Source: an uncultured bacterium (GTDB taxonomy: Bacteria; Pseudomonadota; Gammaproteobacteria; Pseudomonadales; JADFDG01). Taken from it: 64,000 bases of DNA. Under the pieces are notes generated by a model. It did not search any database, was not told where the DNA came from, and was given only the letters and a program-made list of their open reading frames with translations. The position numbers and the translations under genes were made by a program. The stretch is taken from NCBI GenBank assembly GCA_965232985.1, contig CBDDRC010000042.1, positions 89,299 to 153,298 of the forward strand. The letters are read 5' to 3'. Positions 9,542-17,556 of this stretch are shown piece by piece. The number at the start of each line of letters is the position of its first letter. Within the stretch, counting starts at the first letter, position 1.

Positions 9542-10135
9542 ATGAGCCAGAACATGGTTCCGAAAAACAGCATCGACCCGAATCAAAATCCGGTACCCGG
9601 CGACGACAGCAATAACCCGGCTTCCGAGAGAGCGCGGCGTGCCTGGGCGTGGCTGACGCAATACTGGAAGGCGCTGTTCGATCTCTCCTTCGACAAGTAC
9701 ATGATCATCCAGATGCTGCCGATCCTGTACGGCATGCTCCTTTTCGCGCTCGGCACCGGCATCATCTACCTGATCATCGAAGCCTTCGCCTCCGGCAGCC
9801 ACTGGCGCGGTTTCTTTTACCTGTTTTTCGCCGGGCCGCTCACCTTCGTGGTGCTCGCCTCCATGCTGCGCGCACTGCTTGAGCTGTACATCGTGATCTT
9901 CCGCGTCGCCGAGAATGTCGATGCACTGATGGGCATCCGTGACACCGTCGACCGGCTTTCCGGCTTGCAGGACACCGTCGATCAGATGGCCTCGCTCACC
10001 CGCCGCATTCCGTTCTGGAAGGTGATCATGGGCAAGGGCTCGCCGGCTGCCCGCAAGCTGTCTGCCGAGCGGCGCGCAAGCGAACTGAAGGCTGGCGACA
10101 CGAAGCCACCGCGCGACGGCAAACCCGGCGGCTGA
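9542..10135 (+). CDS. DUF4282-like membrane protein
   Basis: Track ORF 9044..10135, trimmed to the ATG at 9542, which is preceded by AGGAG (9527-9531). It has LFDLSFDKYMIIQMLPILYGMLLF followed by a second TM helix, which is the DUF4282 pattern. Confidence 0.65.
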   Translation: MSQNMVPKNSIDPNQNPVPGDDSNNPASERARRAWAWLTQYWKALFDLSFDKYMIIQMLPILYGMLLFALGTGIIYLIIEAFASGSHWRGFFYLFFAGPLTFVVLASMLRALLELYIVIFRVAENVDALMGIRDTVDRLSGLQDTVDQMASLTRRIPFWKVIMGKGSPAARKLSAERRASELKAGDTKPPRDGKPGG

Positions 10136-10336
10136 ACACGCTTTTACGCACAACCGGTTACAAACAATCCGCCGGATTTGCCGCGATACGCTGTCGGTTT
10201 TTACCGGAATGACCGGCGGGTCACCTGTATCCCGCGTGGTAAGATTCGGTCTCGTGCTTTTGTGCAGCCGAGGTTGGCCACGCCAACCATCATCACCGCT
10301 CCACCGTTCCGATCAACCCACACCAACGAGAGCAGC

Positions 10337-11494
10337 ATGACCGTCGAGCGCAAGCCCAACGATCAACCAAATCCCCGTATCTGGGTTACCACCATCCTCT
10401 TCGCCGCCACCGGCCTCGCCGCCCTGACGGTCGTGCCTTGGTACGGGCTGGTTTCCGGCTACACCCTGGGCGCCTGGCTCACTGCCGGCATGTTGCTGTG
10501 GGCGAACGGCCTATCCATCACCGGTGGCTATCACCGGCTCTGGTCACACAAGACCTACGAGGCGCACTGGTCGCTGCGGCTGTTTTTCGCCATCTTCGGC
10601 GCGATGGCGCTGCAGAACAGCATTCTGATCTGGGCAGCGGGCCACCGTGTTCACCACCGGCACGTCGATGACAACGAGCGCGACCCGTATTCGGTAAAGC
10701 GCGGCTTCTGGTTCTCGCATATCGGCTGGATGTTGCGCGACTATCCGAGCGGCCGCGTCGACTTCAGCAATGTCGGCGATCTGCAGCGCGATCCGATCGT
10801 GATGTGGCAGCACAAGAATTACCTCACCCTTGTCCTGGCTACCAATATCGGCATTCCGGTAGCACTTGGCCTGCTGTTCGGCGATCTGTGGGGTTACTTT
10901 CTGCTCGCTGGCGTCCTGCGCCTGGTTGTCAACCACCACCTGACGTTCTTCATCAACTCGCTGGCGCATATCTGGGGTTCACGCCCCTACACCGACGAGA
11001 ATACCGCGCGCGACAACGGCTTCATCGCCCTGCTCACCTATGGCGAGGGCTATCACAACTATCACCATATTTTTCAAACCGACTACCGCAACGGCATCCG
11101 CTGGTACCAGTGGGATCCGACCAAGTGGCTGATTGCCGTCTGCGCGTCGGTCGGCCTGACCTGGGGCCTCAAACGCGCCAGCAACTTCAAGATCCAGCGT
11201 GCGATCATCACCATGCAGTTCAAGCAGGCGGAACAGCATGCAGAGCGCGCCGCCAACACCGAGCGCTGGAAAAAAATGATCGAACAGGAGTACGAATCAT
11301 TCCGCCACACACTGCATGCCTTTACCGAGCTGCAGATGAAGCGCTACGAGCAAAAGCGCCGCGAACTGGCCGGCAAATGGGAAAAGGCAGCCCTGCACAC
11401 GCGCCTCAAGGAACTTGAATATGCGCTGCGCATGCAAAAGCAACGCCTGCGTATCCTGACCAAGGAAATGCTGCGCCAGCCAACCACGGCCTGA
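10337..11494 (+). CDS. Acyl-CoA (delta-9 type) fatty-acid desaturase
   Basis: Track ORF 10178..11494, trimmed to the ATG at 10337. It has the three histidine boxes HRLWSH, HRVHHRH and HNYHH and four TM helices. The length (385 aa) is similar to Pseudomonas DesA. Confidence 0.9.
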   Translation: MTVERKPNDQPNPRIWVTTILFAATGLAALTVVPWYGLVSGYTLGAWLTAGMLLWANGLSITGGYHRLWSHKTYEAHWSLRLFFAIFGAMALQNSILIWAAGHRVHHRHVDDNERDPYSVKRGFWFSHIGWMLRDYPSGRVDFSNVGDLQRDPIVMWQHKNYLTLVLATNIGIPVALGLLFGDLWGYFLLAGVLRLVVNHHLTFFINSLAHIWGSRPYTDENTARDNGFIALLTYGEGYHNYHHIFQTDYRNGIRWYQWDPTKWLIAVCASVGLTWGLKRASNFKIQRAIITMQFKQAEQHAERAANTERWKKMIEQEYESFRHTLHAFTELQMKRYEQKRRELAGKWEKAALHTRLKELEYALRMQKQRLRILTKEMLRQPTTA

Positions 11495-11513
11495 GTATCC
11501 TGGCAGCCACCGG

Positions 11514-12617
11514 TTATCGGGCAGCGCCGGCTGCTGCCAACGCCTGCCTGACGCAGGCCTGCACGCTCCGGCGTGAATACAGCGCGTCGTAGGTGCCTCG
11601 GGCCGCCACTGCCAACGCCGGCAACGCCTGCCGCCGCGCCACCAGCCGCGCCAATGCCCGGGCAATATCATCCGGATCACCCGGACGACACCAGAAGAAA
11701 CCGTGCTCCTCATCCTGCTGCAGTGCTGTGCCGAACGCTGGCGTGGCGGCCGTGAGCACCGGTCGGCCCATGGCGAGCGCCTGGTAAACCTTGTTCGGAA
11801 TCACGCGCTGCGCCTTTGCACTGCTGCCGAAAATGCCGAAGAAAAAATCTGCCCGGGCGAGGCGGGCCGGCAATTCCGCCAGGGGGCGCCAGTCTTCAAA
11901 GGCAACATCAAGTGCAGGATGTGGCCGACGAAACTCTGCAATCCGCGCCTCGCATGCAGCACGCAGCGGGCCGTCGCCGAGCAGGCGAAAGCGCAGCGGC
12001 GGATTGCCGGGCTGCGCCGCGTAACGGCCAATCGCCTCGATGAGGTGATCAACGCCCTGCAGGCCGATAAACGTGCCGAAGAATACGGCCTCTAGCGGTT
12101 CGCTCGCCGGTTTCACCGTATACGGCGCAAACACGAACAACTCCTCCTCCGCACCTACCGGCACCACCACCAGCCTGTCGCGCGGCACGCCCAGCGTGTC
12201 GTGGAAGAAATCGGCATGGCCGGCGGTATCGGCAACGATCAGGTTCGCCCGCGCGAAAATATCGCGCTCCCAAAGTAGCAGGCGCTGCGCGCGCGCGCCT
12301 GCTGCAGCAAACTTGCCGCGTTCGTTGACCTGCTTGTCCCAGGCGCTGATCAGTGGATCGAAAACAAGCGGAATGCCGTGCCGTTGCGCATACCGCGACG
12401 CAGCGGCGACATCGCGCTGGCGAAAGCATGGCACCCAGATGAGATCCGGCCGCGGCAGGCGGCGCAGCACGTATTCGCTGTCGGCCGCAAACGACAGCAT
12501 TGGCCGAAACAGTACGACTTCGTGGCCCAACGCCCGCAGCGCTGCGAACACGACACGATTGCGCGGATAGTCCGGGCCGTAGTTGCCTTCGCGTCCCCAG
12601 ATCAGTACGCGTATCAC
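11514..12617 (-). CDS. Glycosyltransferase (GT-B, family 1/4-like)
   Basis: 367 aa with a GTG start in a GTGA overlap with the upstream gene's stop. It has a C-terminal GT1-type E-x7-E-like region (FGSSAKAQRVIPNKVYQALAMGRPVL). It is the last gene of a 5-gene operon. Confidence 0.75.
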   Translation of the reverse strand: MIRVLIWGREGNYGPDYPRNRVVFAALRALGHEVVLFRPMLSFAADSEYVLRRLPRPDLIWVPCFRQRDVAAASRYAQRHGIPLVFDPLISAWDKQVNERGKFAAAGARAQRLLLWERDIFARANLIVADTAGHADFFHDTLGVPRDRLVVVPVGAEEELFVFAPYTVKPASEPLEAVFFGTFIGLQGVDHLIEAIGRYAAQPGNPPLRFRLLGDGPLRAACEARIAEFRRPHPALDVAFEDWRPLAELPARLARADFFFGIFGSSAKAQRVIPNKVYQALAMGRPVLTAATPAFGTALQQDEEHGFFWCRPGDPDDIARALARLVARRQALPALAVAARGTYDALYSRRSVQACVRQALAAAGAAR

Positions 12618-13633
12618 GACAGTAACTCCCGTACCGAATTCCAGATCAATGCCTGCACATCCGGCACCGGCGGACCGGCGAACAACGGCTCGGCGCGCGC
12701 CATGTGGGCAATTGGCGCTACCCGCACGAAGCCGGCCTGCACATAACCGGCAAGCGCTTGTGCATCCTGCGGATCATCATGACCCTGCACCGGCGACAGC
12801 GCCGGCATCACAACGTGCACCGGCCGGCCGGCGTAAATCGCTTCAGCAACCATCGTCATGCTGTCGCCGGTGACATACACCGCCGCGGCACGGGCAAGAA
12901 AGTCGCGCATCACCTTGCGCGGCGTGCGCGACCACCAGACCGCCTCGGCAATGGCCGACGCGGCCACCTCGCGGGCCAGCACATCCTCCACCGCCGCGCC
13001 GGTACGACGCGATGTGGTAATCAGCCAGCGCCGGCCGGTACGCGCCGAAATCGCATTCGTCTGTGCAGCCAGCGCCAGCCAATCCGCTGCACTGTATTGC
13101 ACAGCCCCGTCGCCGCCGATCAGTAAGGCTAGCGGCGCCAGGGACGCATCGCCGGCCGCCGGCAGTGCTGCACACAATTCACCCGGCACCGGCGGCAAGG
13201 GCAACACGACATTGCTTGCGCCACCCTGCGCGGTAACGGTGAAGACACATGAATACCAGTCGGTGTTGAAACCTTTGGGCGTGCCGCTGTAAAAGTTCGG
13301 TACGCCGTAGCGCCGGGCAATGAGCGCGTTGGCGAGCAGCGTATTGCCGCCGGAAGAAACCACCAGATCAGGCATGCCCGGCGGCAAGGTGATGTCGTGC
13401 GCGGATTCGAGCAGCCACCCGGTGCCTTCGAGCCGCAACAACACGCGCCCGGCACTTTTCAACCAGCGACGGCGCACACGCAGCGGTACGGTCTCGATCT
13501 TGAGCGGCCGGAACCGCGCAATTGCATCGGCAATACCGCGGCTTTGGCTTTCGTGGCCCGGCGCACCGTCGGTCAGCAGCCAGCAGCGCAGCGGTGCCTG
13601 CGCCTGGCTTGACGCGGCCGGCCCGGGCTTCAT
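12614..13633 (-). CDS. ELM1/DUF1022-family protein (predicted glycosyltransferase-like), paralogue 1
   Basis: The N-terminus is CWLLTDGAPGHESQSRGIADAI, the family signature (compare paralogue 2, VWLVTDGKPGHRAQLDGLSRAL). ATGA overlaps occur on both sides. Confidence 0.7.
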   Translation of the reverse strand: MKPGPAASSQAQAPLRCWLLTDGAPGHESQSRGIADAIARFRPLKIETVPLRVRRRWLKSAGRVLLRLEGTGWLLESAHDITLPPGMPDLVVSSGGNTLLANALIARRYGVPNFYSGTPKGFNTDWYSCVFTVTAQGGASNVVLPLPPVPGELCAALPAAGDASLAPLALLIGGDGAVQYSAADWLALAAQTNAISARTGRRWLITTSRRTGAAVEDVLAREVAASAIAEAVWWSRTPRKVMRDFLARAAAVYVTGDSMTMVAEAIYAGRPVHVVMPALSPVQGHDDPQDAQALAGYVQAGFVRVAPIAHMARAEPLFAGPPVPDVQALIWNSVRELLS

Positions 13634-14460
13634 GTGCGCAACCCCAGCCTGCCGCGGCGGATCCGAAAAACAAACGCAAGGAAATTATCCTTGCCGCTGA
13701 TTTTCACCCGGCGGATGCGCAACGGATCGACAAAGGGATGCGCGTCGATGCCCTCAACAGTGGTGACGGCGTTGCTGTACCCGGTAGCGCGCGCCATCTC
13801 GACATCATCGTCACCAAAAATACCGAACGGATAGGCAAAACTGGTGACCGGAACGCCGAAGTTTTTTTCCAGTGCCGTTTTTGCATCGCCGATTTCCTGT
13901 TCCCTGGCCGCAGCAGAAAGTGTTGGCAGGTTGGCATGAGTGAGCGTATGTGAACCCAGCTCCCAGGCGCCACTGGCCAGCATCTCCTGCACCTGCTCAT
14001 CGGTCAATTTCGTCTCGCGCATCAATTCACCGGAATCGTGATGCAATTTTTTGGCAACAGACCAGTCACGATCATGACGATCAACCACCAGATAGAGGGT
14101 TGCTTTCGCACCGTATTTCAGCAACAACGGGTGGGCATGCAGGAAATTATCGGCGTAGCCATCGTCAAAGGTGATGGCGACCGTTTTCGGTGGTACCTCG
14201 CCACCCATCAACTCGGCCATGGTCGCGAAATGAAAACCGCTGTCACGCAGCCAGCGCAGTTGCTCCTCGAAAAATGCCGGCGATATCCGCAGACCCTTGA
14301 ATTTCGCACCGGCCACGGGCTTGCTCACCATGTGGTACATCAGCACGCGCGGGCGGCGCCAATCAACAGCCGGCAACCACCAGGCATAGCGCAGCGAAAA
14401 CCACAGCAGCGACGCGATGAATGCGAAAAGCACTGCCGGCAGGCCGGGCAATTCACTCAT
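13630..14460 (-). CDS. Polysaccharide deacetylase (NodB homology domain) with an N-terminal TM anchor
   Basis: It has MYHMV, ITFDDGYADNF and HTLTHANL, which are NodB motifs. Confidence 0.85.
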   Translation of the reverse strand: MSELPGLPAVLFAFIASLLWFSLRYAWWLPAVDWRRPRVLMYHMVSKPVAGAKFKGLRISPAFFEEQLRWLRDSGFHFATMAELMGGEVPPKTVAITFDDGYADNFLHAHPLLLKYGAKATLYLVVDRHDRDWSVAKKLHHDSGELMRETKLTDEQVQEMLASGAWELGSHTLTHANLPTLSAAAREQEIGDAKTALEKNFGVPVTSFAYPFGIFGDDDVEMARATGYSNAVTTVEGIDAHPFVDPLRIRRVKISGKDNFLAFVFRIRRGRLGLRT

Positions 14461-15626
14461 GACACCAACTCCTCGTAGATGGCCAGCGTGCGCTGCTGCA
14501 TATCGGCGAGCAAAAATTTTTCGTTGCGGATCACTTTCGGTGTTCCGCCTTGCTCACTGCCCTGCAACACATGCACCAAGCGTTCGGCAACGGCCTTGGC
14601 ATCGCCGTTGAGCACGGCACCAAACGGATACAGCGCATCCAGTATCTCGGCAACACCGCCGTGCGCATAAGCAAGCACCGGCCGGCCCAGGGCGAGCGCC
14701 TCAAGAACAGTCCGGCCAAACGCCTCCGGCTTGCCCGACAGCGACAGCACACAATCCGACATTGCGTAAATCTCGCGCATGTCGCTGCGATGACCCAGGA
14801 ACATGACCCGCTCCTGCAGGCCCTCACTCACCACCTGCGCCCGAATTTCCTGCGCATAAGCCGGCCGCTTTGGATCCTCACCACCGACCACCAGGCCGAC
14901 GATATCCAGGCCCATCGCCACCAGCGTGCCGATGATGGCGATGAAATCGTGATGGCCCTTGAGGCGTGTCAACCGCCCGGGCAGCGTCACAACGAATTTT
15001 CCTGCCAGCTGCGGATACTGCGCAGAAAATTCCTCCAGCCATCGGGCCGAAGGCTGGTATTGCCAGGGGAACTCCTGCGGATCGACACCGCGCGCAATGG
15101 TCACCACATGCTGCATGTCGATGTGCGGCCAGTGCGCCGCACTGCTGCCCTGCGCATAGTATTTTTCGATATGACTGCGCACCGTGTTGCTGACGGCAAT
15201 AACCCGCTCGCCGCGACACATGATGCCGCTGTAGGCACTCACCGAATGCAGGCCATGCACAGTGGAAACGAAATGCGAGCGCGTTTGTGCATCCATGCCA
15301 CGCCAGGCCAGATACGCGACCCAGGCCGGCAGGCGTGAACGCACATGGACGATATCGAACCGTTCGCGCGTAAATAATTTGCGCACCGCGCGGTATTGCA
15401 GCAACGTGAGCGGCGATTTGCGGCCGATGTCCAGCGCGATATGGCGCGAACCTTCGCGTTCCAGCTCCGCCACGAGGCGGCCGCCTTGCGACAACACCGT
15501 CGACTCATGCCCGCGCGCAACCAGCGCCCGGGCAATTTCCAGGGTGCCGCGCTCGACACCACCGCCATTGAGCGCCGGCAGCACCTGCAAAACCTTCAGT
15601 TTTCGCGCACTCACGCCGGCCACCAC
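14457..15626 (-). CDS. Glycosyltransferase family 4/1 (WaaG-like)
   Basis: It has KVLQVLPALNGGGVERGTLEIARAL and a C-terminal PEAFGRTVLEALALGRPVLAYAHGG (EX7E). The GTG start at 15626 is uncertain. Confidence 0.8.
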   Translation of the reverse strand: MVAGVSARKLKVLQVLPALNGGGVERGTLEIARALVARGHESTVLSQGGRLVAELEREGSRHIALDIGRKSPLTLLQYRAVRKLFTRERFDIVHVRSRLPAWVAYLAWRGMDAQTRSHFVSTVHGLHSVSAYSGIMCRGERVIAVSNTVRSHIEKYYAQGSSAAHWPHIDMQHVVTIARGVDPQEFPWQYQPSARWLEEFSAQYPQLAGKFVVTLPGRLTRLKGHHDFIAIIGTLVAMGLDIVGLVVGGEDPKRPAYAQEIRAQVVSEGLQERVMFLGHRSDMREIYAMSDCVLSLSGKPEAFGRTVLEALALGRPVLAYAHGGVAEILDALYPFGAVLNGDAKAVAERLVHVLQGSEQGGTPKVIRNEKFLLADMQQRTLAIYEELVS

Positions 15627-16546
15627 GCCAACACCCGTTGGGCAACGCGGTCGGCCTCGTTGATGGGCTGATCCTGTTTTGCCAGCACCTGCGTGTCTTT
15701 CCAGACGAGAAATGGCGTGACGAGCCCTTCTTTCACCAGCTGCTCTACGCCCTCGGTAACGCGATCAAGTCGCTGCCTCGGCACCCACAACAGGCCGGTG
15801 GCAGCACCACAGGTGAGTGATTCGTAGATCATCGACACGCTGTCCTCGGTGACCCACACCTGCGAGCTCACCGTGATTGCGTCGATCACCCAGCCCGGAT
15901 CAGTCTGCGCAAACGGAATCACCTCGACACCCACGCTGCGCAGCACCGCCAGCGACTGCACAGCGCTTTCCGGCGTGCGCCGCGATGTGGTCAGTGCCCA
16001 GCGCATATCCGGTGTTGCCTTGACGATTTGCCGGATCTGCGTCAGCAGCGTCTGGTCATCCCACTTGTGATGCTTTGACGGCCCGCCGATCAAAAACAGT
16101 CCCTGCGTCGGTTTCTGGTACACGGAAGCGCGCGCCGTATTGAGCACGCCGCGCGTGGTCATCAGGTTGTCGCGGATCGGCGGCTTGTCGTGCTGCGGAA
16201 TCACACAAAGATCAAACCAGCCCAGCGGCAGGCTGGGGCGCATCAACACGATGCTGCGGGCCGCAGCATGCGCGCGTTTTGCGGCCAGCACTGCCAGGTG
16301 CGTGGCATGGCCACAGCCCACCACGAGATGCGGGTCCGGCAGCGCCTCGTCGCCCGGCGGAAATTTCTTCAGCAGCAACGCGCGCAGGGCAACACCGCGC
16401 GACGGCGCATTGATCCAGTGCACATCGACAACTGCATGGCGGGCAAGTGCACGCGACAAGCCATCGAGTTGCGCGCGATGCCCGGGCTTGCCGTCGGTGA
16501 CAAGCCAGACGACGAGCCGTTGACGGGTATCGCGGCTGGCATCCAT
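15611..16546 (-). CDS. ELM1/DUF1022-family protein, paralogue 2
   Basis: It has VWLVTDGKPGHRAQLDGLSRAL, LIGGPSKHHKW and ALTTSRRTP. These parallel LIGGDGAVQYS and LITTSRRTG in paralogue 1. Confidence 0.7.
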   Translation of the reverse strand: MDASRDTRQRLVVWLVTDGKPGHRAQLDGLSRALARHAVVDVHWINAPSRGVALRALLLKKFPPGDEALPDPHLVVGCGHATHLAVLAAKRAHAAARSIVLMRPSLPLGWFDLCVIPQHDKPPIRDNLMTTRGVLNTARASVYQKPTQGLFLIGGPSKHHKWDDQTLLTQIRQIVKATPDMRWALTTSRRTPESAVQSLAVLRSVGVEVIPFAQTDPGWVIDAITVSSQVWVTEDSVSMIYESLTCGAATGLLWVPRQRLDRVTEGVEQLVKEGLVTPFLVWKDTQVLAKQDQPINEADRVAQRVLAWWPA

Positions 16547-16576
16547 AAAGATCGCTATGCACTCAACGACGCGCCA

Positions 16577-17497
16577 TCAGCAGCGGGTCAACCAGTGGGC
16601 GTGCTGCGCACTCTTGCCCCGCACCACATCGAAGTACAGATTCTGCAGCTGCGTGGTGACCGGGCCGCGCTTGCCGGCACCAATCTGTCGGCCATCAAGT
16701 TCGCGGATCGGCGTAACTTCCGCCGCCGTGCCGGTAAAGAACGCCTCGTCCGCAATATATACCTCGTCGCGGGTAATGCGCTTTTCCTTCACCTTGAAGC
16801 CAAGCTCTTCCGCCAGCGTCATGATCGTTTTGCGGGTAATGCCATCAAGGCACGCCGTAACGTCCGGGGTATAGATGATGCCATCGCGAACGATGAAAAC
16901 ATTCTCGCCGGAACCTTCGGCAACGTAGCCTTCCGGATCGAGCAGCAGCGCTTCTTCCGCGCCACCGCTGAGTGCTTCGTTCAGCGCCAGCATTGAATTG
17001 ATGTAGTTGCCGTTGGCTTTGGCGCGCGTCATGGCGATATTGACATGGTGCCGGGTGTAACTGGACGTACGCACCTTGATGCCAAGCTCCAGCGCCTCCG
17101 GCGACATGTAGGCCGGCCATTCCCAGGCTGCCACAATAACGTTGACCGACAGGCCCTTGGCGCGCAGCCCGAGCGCTTCGGAACCGAGAAACACCATCGG
17201 CCGCAGGTAGGCGTGCGGCAGCTTGTTCTCGCGAATTGCGGCGATATGCGCGGCGTTGATCTCGTCCTGCGTGAACGGAATTTTCAGGCTCATGATATGG
17301 GCCGAATCGAACAGGCGGCGCGTGTGCTCCTTGAGACGAAAAATCGCCGGGCCTTTATCTGTTGCATAGGCGCGCACACCTTCGAACACACCCATTCCGT
17401 AATGCAGGGTGTGCGTCAACACGTGAACTTTCGCTTCGCGCCACGGAACCAATTTTCCGTTGAACCAGATGACGCCGTTACGGTCGGCCATGGACAT
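16577..17497 (-). CDS. ilvE: Branched-chain-amino-acid aminotransferase
   Basis: MSMADRNGVIWFNGKLVPWREAKVHVLTHTLHYGMGVFEGVRAY is near-identical in pattern to Pseudomonas IlvE. The start is set at MSMADR (the track ORF starts 9 nt upstream). Confidence 0.95.
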   Translation of the reverse strand: MSMADRNGVIWFNGKLVPWREAKVHVLTHTLHYGMGVFEGVRAYATDKGPAIFRLKEHTRRLFDSAHIMSLKIPFTQDEINAAHIAAIRENKLPHAYLRPMVFLGSEALGLRAKGLSVNVIVAAWEWPAYMSPEALELGIKVRTSSYTRHHVNIAMTRAKANGNYINSMLALNEALSGGAEEALLLDPEGYVAEGSGENVFIVRDGIIYTPDVTACLDGITRKTIMTLAEELGFKVKEKRITRDEVYIADEAFFTGTAAEVTPIRELDGRQIGAGKRGPVTTQLQNLYFDVVRGKSAQHAHWLTRC

Positions 17498-17556
17498 GGG
17501 AGCCATTCCTCGCAGTGCTTTTGAAAAAGTGTTTTCGTATCGTGTTCAATCTTCAG

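Noticed and set aside
10272-10288. A 7-3-7 inverted repeat, GGTTGGC-cac-GCCAACC, in the desaturase 5' leader.
   Set aside because: It is a single short GC-rich hairpin with no T-tract and no known matching operator (for example DesT). This is insufficient to call a regulatory element.
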